A DNA stretch of 32,000 nucleotides, from assembly GCF_000341395.1 (NCBI RefSeq), contig NC_020304.1:3060001-3092000 (forward strand), given 5' to 3'. Shown here piece by piece: positions 9,130-17,558 of this stretch. How positions within the stretch are numbered: position 1 is the stretch's first letter; each line of letters starts with the position of its first letter. The notes below the pieces were generated by a model. That model ran no database searches, was not told where the DNA came from, and worked only from the letters and a program-made list of their open reading frames with translations. The position numbers and the translations under genes were made by a program. The stretch comes from Desulfocapsa sulfexigens DSM 10523. GTDB taxonomy: Bacteria > Desulfobacterota > Desulfobulbia > Desulfobulbales > Desulfocapsaceae.

Positions 9130-10143
9130 ATGCGCCACATTTTGAACACAGGACAGACCCATTGTTACAGCGACGTGGGAGAGCAAATCAATTGCCATTT
9201 CAGCGGACAAGATGCTGATTTGCGGATCGGTGTGTCTTGGCCGACTGTTCGTTATAAACTGCAAAAAGAGGTCGTAATTGACCGTCTCACCGGTCTTGCC
9301 TGGACCAGAAATGCCAATATCGGCACCTTTCCCTGCACCTGGCAAGAGTCGTTTGAAAAGATAAGAAAATTAAACCAAGAATATTACGGAGGCTACAGTG
9401 ACTGGCGACTGCCAAATCGCAATGAGCTGCGCAGCCTGGTGAGCTACCAAACTAAAAAACCGTCCTTGCCAGACGGGAACCCCTTTCTCAATGTTTTTCT
9501 GGGGTGGTACTGGTCCTCGACCACGGCAGTGATTAACCCGGCCTATGCCTGGTCCCTCCACCTCGAAGGAGCGCGTATGTTTTATGGCCGGAAAAACCAG
9601 TATCAGCTTTTTTGGCCTGTGCGTGGGCAATCTGCAGTTTTACCTGCGACAGGCCAGAAGAAATGCTATGATGAATCAGGACATACAATAGACTGCCTGG
9701 ATACCGGCCAGGATGGAGAACTGCTGCTGGGAAACGACTGGCCACGACCCCGGTTTACAGTAGAATCCGGAGTGATCCATGATCGGTTGACCGGGCTGGG
9801 TTGGGCTGCTCATAGTGATATGACTGGTGGCTCTGTCAGCTGGCCTGAGGCCTTTGATGCCGTTCAACAGGCGAACAGGGAAAAGCTGGACGGCTTGTCT
9901 TCCTGGCGCCTGCCGAATATCAATGAACTGACTTCACTTGTTGACTGCAGTCGCCATACTCCTGCATTACCGAAAGGCCATCCTGTTCAGGGGATGAAGG
10001 ATGGTTACTGGTCCTCAACCACCAGTTTTTTTGAGACCGACTGGGCATGGGTCCTGTACTTGAACAAAGGAGCCTGCGGGGTTGGCCATAAACCGGGGAA
10101 CCACTTTCACGTCTTACCTGTGACAACACTCGCATTCACCTGA
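9130..10143 (+). CDS. DUF1566 (Lcl C-terminal domain) protein, two tandem repeats
   Basis: Two ~165-aa repeats, each with TGQxxCY...TGQD, DRLTGL(A/G)W, (D/S)WRLPNxNEL(R/T)SL and YWSSTT. The ATG at 9130 follows GGAAGG. Confidence 0.75.
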   Translation: MRHILNTGQTHCYSDVGEQINCHFSGQDADLRIGVSWPTVRYKLQKEVVIDRLTGLAWTRNANIGTFPCTWQESFEKIRKLNQEYYGGYSDWRLPNRNELRSLVSYQTKKPSLPDGNPFLNVFLGWYWSSTTAVINPAYAWSLHLEGARMFYGRKNQYQLFWPVRGQSAVLPATGQKKCYDESGHTIDCLDTGQDGELLLGNDWPRPRFTVESGVIHDRLTGLGWAAHSDMTGGSVSWPEAFDAVQQANREKLDGLSSWRLPNINELTSLVDCSRHTPALPKGHPVQGMKDGYWSSTTSFFETDWAWVLYLNKGACGVGHKPGNHFHVLPVTTLAFT

Positions 10144-10620
10144 CATCGTAACAGGCAAACAAAAATTCAAGAGTATTATAACGGAAACCTGTATTCCTGA
10201 CATACGCTACCCCTTCAGGCTGTCCAAGCCTGTCCTAACCCTGATTCGCGCCTTGGAGGTAGGGGCAGGAACATCCATCATACACCAGATGACAGGCAAT
10301 GATCCTCTCAGTACCCTGGTGACGGAAGTCGCAGTAGAAGAGTCCATTGCTTACACATTTACTCCCCTTCCTCCGATTATGCCGCCAAACCCGATGATGG
10401 CCAGAAGGTGGAATAATATGGCCAAAGAACCAACACGAGCATGGAGAGATGCTCGTCTTTATCGGCCTGTTGACCCATGAGTTTGATTTACTCCGACCCT
10501 ATTTGCCAGGAAACCAGCCATAAATCGGTTTATGTTGAGTTTAATGAGCAATTAGCTCCATATGTATGAAACGGGAAATTACGCAGAATTATTTACAGGC
10601 TAGCAGGGAGTTACCTTTAT

Positions 10621-11712
10621 CTATGAATCTTTCTTCTCGTCGATTCTCTGAAGCCCCTCCATCATCATCCCCATGAATCCACCGATGGGTTGGGCTTTGT
10701 CAAGTACGTCGGGAACCCCCCTAGTGTAACTGAAATGACCACTCCTCATCCCAAGAAGTTCATAAATCACATGCTTACCGCGAAACTCCAGGTAACGGGC
10801 GTAGACGATTTCTCCCTCTTTAAAAAAAACCATTCCCCGTCCTTTGTCCAGGGCAAGATCCAGGGTTCCTGTTTTCCTGGAAGAGTTAATCAGCTGTAGA
10901 AGATCAACCGGTGATACCTCGGAAAGTTCTCCGGTCATTCCCGAGCTAATCTCGCCTGACTTAAGCGCAACTTTCTGTGCCTGGTCCACCAGCAATTTAA
11001 ATAAGAACATCTGAAGCACAGGGAATTTTTTCAGTATTGCTTTGAAATTCTTAATACTGAGCACTGCCATTTGTGTTGTTTTAACAGAAAAAATAGAGTG
11101 CACAAACGGCTCTGTTGAAAGCAGGCTCATTTCACCAAACATTTCCCCTTCTCCAATTTCAGCCAGCTGACTACCATCGTCAGCTTTTCTTTCTACCAGA
11201 CCCCTTAATATTATGAAAAAATTGGTACCAGGAGTTCCTTTTTTCACGACCACCTTGCCAAAGGGAATACTTTTGAATTCAAGGAGCATTATGAGATCTC
11301 TCAGGGAATCATCTTCAAGAGATTTAAATAAATTAAGCGCACGCATAACTCCAAAGTACCTTTCAAGATGCTTTTTTCGACGAATTTCTTCGGCCTCTTC
11401 GAGTAATTTCATCTGCAATGTGGCAAAATCCTTATCTCTCTTGTGCTCAAAAAATATTTTTCCAACACAGCCACCGCAATCATATCTGGATTTCTGGACG
11501 GATACTTTTGAAAATGCACCGAAATTTTCCTTTTTTGAGGCGACAATGGATGCAATTTTCCCGGCAAGATACAGGCAACCCGGTTTATAGGCTGACATCG
11601 TCAAGCCAGAGCTTTCAACTTTGATTTCATCACCCACACTGTAAAATGGGCATGACTCTTCGGCGACTATGATGAATATCGCATCAGAAAATGTATCTTC
11701 TTTTTTATCCAT
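10621..11712 (-). CDS. cyclic-nucleotide-binding domain protein with C-terminal DUF4388 (PatA-N-like) domain and Cys-containing N-terminal domain
   Basis: Central cNMP-binding fold (GTPGTNFFIILRGLV...GEGEMFGEMSLLS). C-terminal DUF4388-like segment (VSPVDLLQLINSSRKTGTLDL...GMVFFKEGEIVYA). N-terminal ~95 aa carries CPFYSVGDE, PGC and CGGC. GAGG RBS. Confidence 0.8.
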   Translation of the reverse strand: MDKKEDTFSDAIFIIVAEESCPFYSVGDEIKVESSGLTMSAYKPGCLYLAGKIASIVASKKENFGAFSKVSVQKSRYDCGGCVGKIFFEHKRDKDFATLQMKLLEEAEEIRRKKHLERYFGVMRALNLFKSLEDDSLRDLIMLLEFKSIPFGKVVVKKGTPGTNFFIILRGLVERKADDGSQLAEIGEGEMFGEMSLLSTEPFVHSIFSVKTTQMAVLSIKNFKAILKKFPVLQMFLFKLLVDQAQKVALKSGEISSGMTGELSEVSPVDLLQLINSSRKTGTLDLALDKGRGMVFFKEGEIVYARYLEFRGKHVIYELLGMRSGHFSYTRGVPDVLDKAQPIGGFMGMMMEGLQRIDEKKDS

Positions 11713-11865
11713 TAATTACCTCATTACTTAATGTCTGTCTGGTAATAGCGTTGTACGCCAGATCGTTAAAACGATACAGTATTTAGGGGGGGCAAAAAAA
11801 ATGTAACAGAAGTAGTTTTTTTGTCCGGTCATTAATAACAATCTGCTGGTTTTAAATAGTTGGTA

Positions 11866-11899
11866 TAAAAAAAGGCAGAATCAAATGAATGACTCTGCC
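11866..11899 (-). terminator. rho-independent terminator of the second PEP-CTERM gene
   Basis: On the minus strand, the hairpin ggcagagtcattcatttgattctgcc is followed by U7. It matches the hairpin at 7532-7557 at 25 of 26 positions. Confidence 0.85.
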
Positions 11900-11933
11900 T
11901 TAGAAAAAGATGGAATTGTATGTGAGGAACGTA

Positions 11934-12656
11934 TCACTTTTTCTTCTTACGAAGTCTAAAACCTATAAGACCAGCAAAACCTGTTCCCAAAAGAAGCATA
12001 GTTGCAGGTTCTGGAACCGGGGCAATGTCATTTTCATACATCAAGTTATCTGTATCTGCTCGAAAGGTCAAATAGTCCCCTACGCCAAAATAGCCCTGAT
12101 AATTAGCAGCTGTGCTGGTAAAATCAATATTAAGATATCGATACAAATCTCCTACTGGCGCAGCGCCGCCTATTTGTACAGCTCCACTATAAGTAGCGGT
12201 AATATCAAAATTTCCAGTAGAGTTCGTTACCGTGAATGGGTAACCTGCCCCTGAATTAGCAGTACCTTCTGTCTCTTTCAAGACGTCAAATACTGCATTG
12301 CCTGTTCCGGCATCAATGAAGATACTTTGTATTGTCTTACTAGTATATGGTTCCAGGATACCTAGCACCCAGGATTGAGAATATGAATCCCCTATAGAAC
12401 CAAGTGTGAAGCCACCTAAATCAGACACTCCTCCAGCCAGGCCACCAGGACTGGACCATGTGAAGTCGGATATGCTATCGTCTCCCCAGGTAACTTTTAC
12501 GGACATTCCTGCCATCATGTCAAAAGTTGTTGCGTAGGCGTAAACTCCAGCAGTCGTCTGTGCAGGGGAGGGAAGGTAATTAACAGTAAGAGCATTTGCA
12601 TTACTGCCCCATACCAATAAAAACATTACTGAAAAAACGATTAAAATGTTTTTCAT
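11934..12656 (-). CDS. PEP-CTERM sorting-domain protein
   Basis: Signal peptide (MKNILIVFSVMFLLVWGSNANA). C-terminal tail VPEPATMLLLGTGFAGLIGFRLRKKKK. GGAGGG RBS. Confidence 0.88.
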   Translation of the reverse strand: MKNILIVFSVMFLLVWGSNANALTVNYLPSPAQTTAGVYAYATTFDMMAGMSVKVTWGDDSISDFTWSSPGGLAGGVSDLGGFTLGSIGDSYSQSWVLGILEPYTSKTIQSIFIDAGTGNAVFDVLKETEGTANSGAGYPFTVTNSTGNFDITATYSGAVQIGGAAPVGDLYRYLNIDFTSTAANYQGYFGVGDYLTFRADTDNLMYENDIAPVPEPATMLLLGTGFAGLIGFRLRKKKK

Positions 12657-12981
12657 TTAAGACCCTCCATACTGTCCAAGATGAACGACAGTCTGTCAAT
12701 GACACATCTTTGGTATTCGTTCCTGCGTTTCAATAGGTTCGGCATTTTCTTTTAATGGATACTAATAATATATCATATGATAAACCTATTTGCATAGGTA
12801 TAAATGCCTATTTTATCGTAAAAGTTTAATTTTACCACTTTGTGGCAGTTTGGTGGTGTGTGTTATGCTAACTGTCAGGGATACGTCCTGGATCTGTCAG
12901 TTTTTATCAATCTTCAGTGCAAAAGTGTCTTTAAAGGTTCCTCAAAAAAAAAGAGATATGAGAGAGAAATTGGTTGAGTAA

Positions 12982-13839
12982 TTACATTTTTCCAAAAAGA
13001 ATTCTTTCTTCTTTGAAACGAATGGTACCTCCTTCCAGAAAAATACGAACTATATGAATACTCATATCGTTGCTGCCAAAATTTTCATAATAGAGAAACA
13101 TGTTATCGTCGTTGGAATGATTGCAAGAGGACAGGCTACCGCACATAAAATGGAAAAAGGTGTGTCCATGATAGAGATCGGTTGTCCGCATCAATTCAAG
13201 TTCGTGGGTATGACCACAAAAGACATATTCAATTTTATGCTTTTGAACAAAGTCAATCAGGACGGAGGAGTTTTTCAGAGGGCACTCATCGGTACCCAAA
13301 ATGGAATGATGGGTCAAAAGCAGTGGCAGGTCATATTCCAACCGGTTGATTCTCTCTGAAACTACATCCAGAACCTCTTTTTCCACAAAGCCATCATCGC
13401 TGTAGAGTTCATTGGAATCAATGTTGATGATCAATACAGACTTTCCATTAATTGAAATGGATTTAATAAAATTTATATCGGTAAAGTTTTCACGAACCTT
13501 AGTTATTTCCCGGTTCAAAAAAAGGTGTTTCTTTTGGGTTTGTACTGATTCAGGGATGTGGATGATTTCGGTATTATAAATGTATTTTTGAAAGAGTTCA
13601 TGGGAACGCATATTTCTTTTGTCATGATTACCGATGGTGGATAAGACGTCTTTGCATTTGATACCAGCCAGGAAAAGCCCTGCTGCAATATATTCATCCT
13701 CCAGGCCATCTGTTGTGCTATCTCCAGTGTTGATAACGATATCGGCATTAAAGGAATTTAACTTTTCCAGTAGAATCTGATCATCTCCCTCCCAGTGTCG
13801 GGGGCCGAAATGCAGATCAGAAATGTGTAAAATATTCAT
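12982..13839 (-). CDS. metallophosphoesterase (calcineurin-like)
   Basis: Motifs in order: ISDLHFG, GDSTTDG, GNHD, HH, GHTH. AAGGAA RBS. Confidence 0.85.
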   Translation of the reverse strand: MNILHISDLHFGPRHWEGDDQILLEKLNSFNADIVINTGDSTTDGLEDEYIAAGLFLAGIKCKDVLSTIGNHDKRNMRSHELFQKYIYNTEIIHIPESVQTQKKHLFLNREITKVRENFTDINFIKSISINGKSVLIINIDSNELYSDDGFVEKEVLDVVSERINRLEYDLPLLLTHHSILGTDECPLKNSSVLIDFVQKHKIEYVFCGHTHELELMRTTDLYHGHTFFHFMCGSLSSCNHSNDDNMFLYYENFGSNDMSIHIVRIFLEGGTIRFKEERILFGKM

Positions 13840-14078
13840 GTATAATTCCTTTTGGAACTAGAGATTTGCAAAGCATTAGTTGAGTACACGAAACAGGTAA
13901 ATACAGACTTAGGTACGCTTCGTCGATTCTATCCAAGAAGGAGTCCTCATTCTAAATGAAATATCTGCCAATTAAAAAAAACAATATCAGAAAACTCATA
14001 TCAAAAATATGTTACCTCTAGCAGTATAAAAAGCTGCAACTGAATACAACTTTCATTGGTCGTTGTGTTATAAAATAC

Positions 14079-14112
14079 AAAAAAAGGCAGGGCCAAATTA
14101 ATGGCACTGCCT
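14079..14112 (-). terminator. rho-independent terminator ending the 18.5-14.2 kb operon
   Basis: Stem aggcagggcc/ggcactgcct (one mismatch), with an A7 run on the plus strand, which is U7 after the hairpin on the minus strand. Confidence 0.7.
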
Positions 14113-14213
14113 TTGTTTCAATACGAATTTACAAGTATACCTATCTTGTTTTGATATGCTAATTCTTTAAAATTACAATCATTTGATCTAAATAGACAGC
14201 CAAGTTAACATGT

Positions 14214-14333
14214 CTAGTTATTATTCAAAAGCCCTTTGGATTCTTTCTTGGCTTTCTTTGCAGCTTTTTTTTCTTTTGGAGTCATTGCCGGTTTTTTCTT
14301 ACCTGCTTTAATGCTTTTTTGTTCTTTACTCAT
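14214..14333 (-). CDS. 39-aa lysine-rich small protein/peptide (MSKEQKSIKAGKKKPAMTPKEKKAAKKAKKESKGLLNNN)
   Basis: The internal ATG of the 91-aa track ORF is preceded by a strong AAGGAG RBS about 9 nt upstream. It lies between the ATP-grasp gene and the operon terminator. I recognise no homology, and low-complexity composition lowers confidence. Confidence 0.45.
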   Translation of the reverse strand: MSKEQKSIKAGKKKPAMTPKEKKAAKKAKKESKGLLNNN

Positions 14334-14491
14334 GTTTTTTTTACTCCTTAATAATTGAAGGTTGATAATCAAGTCAACCATTACAGTGCTGTCTATCTGC
14401 GCTTGGTTGAGGGGTGTTGTTTGTAACTGTATGACACGAAACCTGTGGACTTTTGTAGGTAACCTTATCCTGCCAGGCAACGCATACATGC

Positions 14492-15766
14492 TTATGATCT
14501 TTTTACTCCATCCTCTACCAGCGACTGCTCAATGTCGTTGATCAAATGCATATTTTCGGCCATGATCACAACATTAAAACCGCCAGTAACAGACAACTCC
14601 TTGCAGTTAAGGGGGAGTACAGAATTTAATGTACTGCCGTCATAGAGATGGGGTGCAAGACGATCGGCAAGTTCTGGAAATGAACAGGGCGAGGTTGCTG
14701 TTTTGATGAACTTCCAGAAAGGAACAGGCGTTGCGCTCAACTGCTCTATGTTGTTCACAACCATACTCACATAAGATGACCCATTAAACCGGGCATTGTT
14801 TTCCACTGGAAACACACCGTCTTCACAGACGATATAATCAATTCCTATTACTCCACAATACCCGGATTTAGCCATATCTGTGACGATAAGGTGTGAGGTG
14901 TTATGGATATAGTCATAGATATTTGGGTCTAGTTGTTGACCTTTTATATTGCCAACCCAGACTAATCCCTGTTCGCATACCTGATCCAATATGCCAAAGT
15001 GATCGATAGATCCATCCCGACCAATCGCCCATTGATCATTAGGAGTTGAAGTGACGTCAAGAAAGGGCTCAATAAGTACCTGGTTTTCACCACTATCGGC
15101 AATCTCATGATACAAATCCTCTAAATCCACACCAGTTGTTTTGTATAGGGAATAGGCAGATTCAGCAAGAGTCCCACGAATGATCACGCTTTTGTTGCTC
15201 ACGAGGTGACGCCTTATAATAGCGATCATTTCGTGGCTGTTTTCTTTGTCTTCTGGATGGAGAGTAAATGTGTCTCCAGCAACAACGGGGATTTCCAGCT
15301 GTTGGCATATGGCTTTAAACTTACCTTTGTCGTTGTATTTCTGAGCAACCGCCTGAGAAGTGCCAAAGTGTTCGGCACCAAGGATTTTGGCAGCCTTTTC
15401 TTCCAAATATCCACTGAACCATGGTGTGTAGACAGGTTTCTGACCCAAGTGTTCGATAACTTTCAATACTGGTCCGGGATCTTCAATAATAAGCTCAGTG
15501 AGGCTTGTATCCGTGGACAAAGCATTATATTCTATGACATGGTTGCTTCCCAGACTACATGAGCGTAACCAGTCATAGTAATCGTGGTCCAAGGAAGTAC
15601 GCAAAATCACCAAGTCATCTGGACCAGCTGCCGCAACTGCCCTGTCACATTTTGAATGTACTGAAGCATCACGTCTAGGAAACTGAGAGAAACTATCAGC
15701 CCCATAGATCACAAGTTCATTGGTATTATCGGAAATGCATTTTCTAAGAGATTTAGAGGCTGTCAT
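14492..15766 (-). CDS. ATP-grasp superfamily carboxylate-amine/peptide ligase
   Basis: 424 aa with ATP-grasp C-terminal half motifs: VLIEPFLD and GVIGIDYIVCEDGVFPVENNARFNGSS (Mg/ATP site). A long N-terminal pre-ATP-grasp-like region precedes them. Starts 10 nt after the upstream gene. Confidence 0.8.
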   Translation of the reverse strand: MTASKSLRKCISDNTNELVIYGADSFSQFPRRDASVHSKCDRAVAAAGPDDLVILRTSLDHDYYDWLRSCSLGSNHVIEYNALSTDTSLTELIIEDPGPVLKVIEHLGQKPVYTPWFSGYLEEKAAKILGAEHFGTSQAVAQKYNDKGKFKAICQQLEIPVVAGDTFTLHPEDKENSHEMIAIIRRHLVSNKSVIIRGTLAESAYSLYKTTGVDLEDLYHEIADSGENQVLIEPFLDVTSTPNDQWAIGRDGSIDHFGILDQVCEQGLVWVGNIKGQQLDPNIYDYIHNTSHLIVTDMAKSGYCGVIGIDYIVCEDGVFPVENNARFNGSSYVSMVVNNIEQLSATPVPFWKFIKTATSPCSFPELADRLAPHLYDGSTLNSVLPLNCKELSVTGGFNVVIMAENMHLINDIEQSLVEDGVKRS

Positions 15767-15776
15767 CCTGTATTTT

Positions 15777-16436
15777 TCAGCTGGCCTGGCTAATCAATAA
15801 TTTCCAGCCATAAATAAATGTTATGAGCAAAGAGTAAATCATGAGAACGTAATACCAACGACCCGACAACTTAGGGGTTTTGATTGGGGCCACGTTCATG
15901 GCAGCAAATACAATAAGGATGATATAGAGAGTGATAGAGGCAAAAGGTTGGTCAAGCATACCGATAAATAGAAAGACAAAGGGCAAAATAATCGCATTGT
16001 TGTCCATTGCCAGCCCCATGTAGGTTGACTCACCAACCAGGCCAAATACATTGAAATAACTAAGTCGGAGTACCCCGGCTGCTACGATAAGAAAAGCTCC
16101 AGGCAGGAACCAGGGGCTGAAGTTCCCGTAACTGAGCAATATAACCGCCGGGCAGATGCCAAAACTGATAATATCAATCAATGAATCGAGTTGTCCCCCG
16201 AAATTCCGTTGGTTTTCGTTCCGACCGTTCATGTTACGGGCGATAATGCCATCAGTCCAGTCAAAGAATACTGCCCAGATCAGGCCAATCATAGCGGCAG
16301 AAAAGACACCTAGAATCGCATAATACATAGACAGAACTGCGCATAAAAGTCCCACCAAAGAACATATATTTGGAAGATCTTGAGCAAAAGAGAGTATGGA
16401 AGGGGAGGGTTCCGATAAATTTGTACCTGACATCAT
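15777..16436 (-). CDS. CDP-alcohol phosphatidyltransferase family protein (PssA-like by motif)
   Basis: 219-aa multi-TM protein with the complete family motif DWTDGIIAR-x12-GGQLDSLIDIISFG (DxxDGxxAR...GxxxDxxxD). 4-nt overlap with the upstream PLP-enzyme gene. Confidence 0.88.
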   Translation of the reverse strand: MMSGTNLSEPSPSILSFAQDLPNICSLVGLLCAVLSMYYAILGVFSAAMIGLIWAVFFDWTDGIIARNMNGRNENQRNFGGQLDSLIDIISFGICPAVILLSYGNFSPWFLPGAFLIVAAGVLRLSYFNVFGLVGESTYMGLAMDNNAIILPFVFLFIGMLDQPFASITLYIILIVFAAMNVAPIKTPKLSGRWYYVLMIYSLLITFIYGWKLLISQAS

Positions 16437-17536
16437 TCTATCTCCAAACCAATAACAGCTTGCAATGCTTCGACCAAACGCAGATTCTCAGGTTGGGTAC
16501 GGCTCGCTATCCGGAGATATCGCTCAGATTCCGGCATTGTCTTACCCTGACAGTGCTTTATATAAATAGTATGTTCTAGAAAAAGTTTTTTAGTTATTTC
16601 TGGACCGGATGCCGCATGGTCAGGTAATCGACAAAAAATATAATTGGCATCAGGATGATAAACTGTCATTCCGGGAATTGCCTTGAGTTGTTTATAAAAG
16701 AGGTCGCGATCTGCTTTGACCTTGTTGCAGCTTTCAGTAAATTTCTGTCGATACTGTGGAGCAAGACGGAGGAATTCCTCAGCGAAACCATTAATATTCC
16801 AAATGTGAATTTCCTGACGAATTTTTGACGCAAAATCCTGGTTCGCTGTTAGCATGTACCCTATTCTGATGCCGCAGATACCATAGGCCTTACTCATGCT
16901 TTTGAAAATTGTTAGATTTGGATATTTCTCAATGTCCTGCTCAAGAGTTTCCTGGTCACCATTTCCTGCAAAATCAATGAAAGATTCATCAACGATGAGC
17001 ATGCAGTCGTAGGCTGCTAATTTCTCAAGCAAACGGATAATCTCTTTTTTGGGAATCAGCAATGAAGTGGGGTTGTTGGGGCTGACTACCACTGCCAATC
17101 CTGCCTTGCACCGGATTGCCTCTGCTGCGAATTTATCAACATCCAGCTGAAAGGAAGGCGCCTCAAGCGGAAACTCAACTACGTTTCCAGCTGGCATGGC
17201 ATTGGCGTATTCATTGAACGACGGCACCGGTACAATTAATTTACGATTCATCCCAGCTATAATTTTAATAAGCTCTGCAGCTCCGTTGCCAACCACAATA
17301 CACTCAGGCGGCTGGCCAATCAGGTCGCCTATCAGGCAGGCCAAATCGTGCTGCCCCATTGGGTAGTTTAAAACCAATTGATGTATGTGACTGGTAATAT
17401 GTGTGAAAAAAGATTCTGGCGGGAAGTAAAGGTTGTATAGGTAGTTGTGATCGATAAAATCATGCCGCCAAAAGCCGCCATGCTGGCTGGTGATATATTC
17501 GTAGCGTTCTTTATTTGTCGAGTATTTTTTTGTCAT
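16433..17536 (-). CDS. class I/II-fold PLP-dependent enzyme, CobD (phospho-amino-acid decarboxylase)/HisC-like
   Basis: 367 aa. N-terminal HGG...DF motif as in CobD-type enzymes. SPNNPT, IVDESF and the PLP-lysine context SMSKAYGICGIRIGY are all present. Confidence 0.85.
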   Translation of the reverse strand: MTKKYSTNKERYEYITSQHGGFWRHDFIDHNYLYNLYFPPESFFTHITSHIHQLVLNYPMGQHDLACLIGDLIGQPPECIVVGNGAAELIKIIAGMNRKLIVPVPSFNEYANAMPAGNVVEFPLEAPSFQLDVDKFAAEAIRCKAGLAVVVSPNNPTSLLIPKKEIIRLLEKLAAYDCMLIVDESFIDFAGNGDQETLEQDIEKYPNLTIFKSMSKAYGICGIRIGYMLTANQDFASKIRQEIHIWNINGFAEEFLRLAPQYRQKFTESCNKVKADRDLFYKQLKAIPGMTVYHPDANYIFCRLPDHAASGPEITKKLFLEHTIYIKHCQGKTMPESERYLRIASRTQPENLRLVEALQAVIGLEIE

Positions 17537-17558
17537 TAATCTCTTTATTGGTGATGGA

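Noticed and set aside
10144-10620. 477-nt gap between convergent genes, containing a 75-aa plus-strand ORF (10253-10480) and a possible 33-aa minus-strand ORF
   Set aside because: There is no RBS at proper spacing, no recognisable motif, and the composition is Pro/Met-rich and odd. It may be a gene remnant, but I cannot support any call from the sequence alone.
14334-14489. N-terminal 52-codon extension of the small Lys-rich ORF (the 91-aa track version)
   Set aside because: The upstream part has no RBS and an implausible composition. The AAGGAG RBS sits directly before the internal ATG at 14333.
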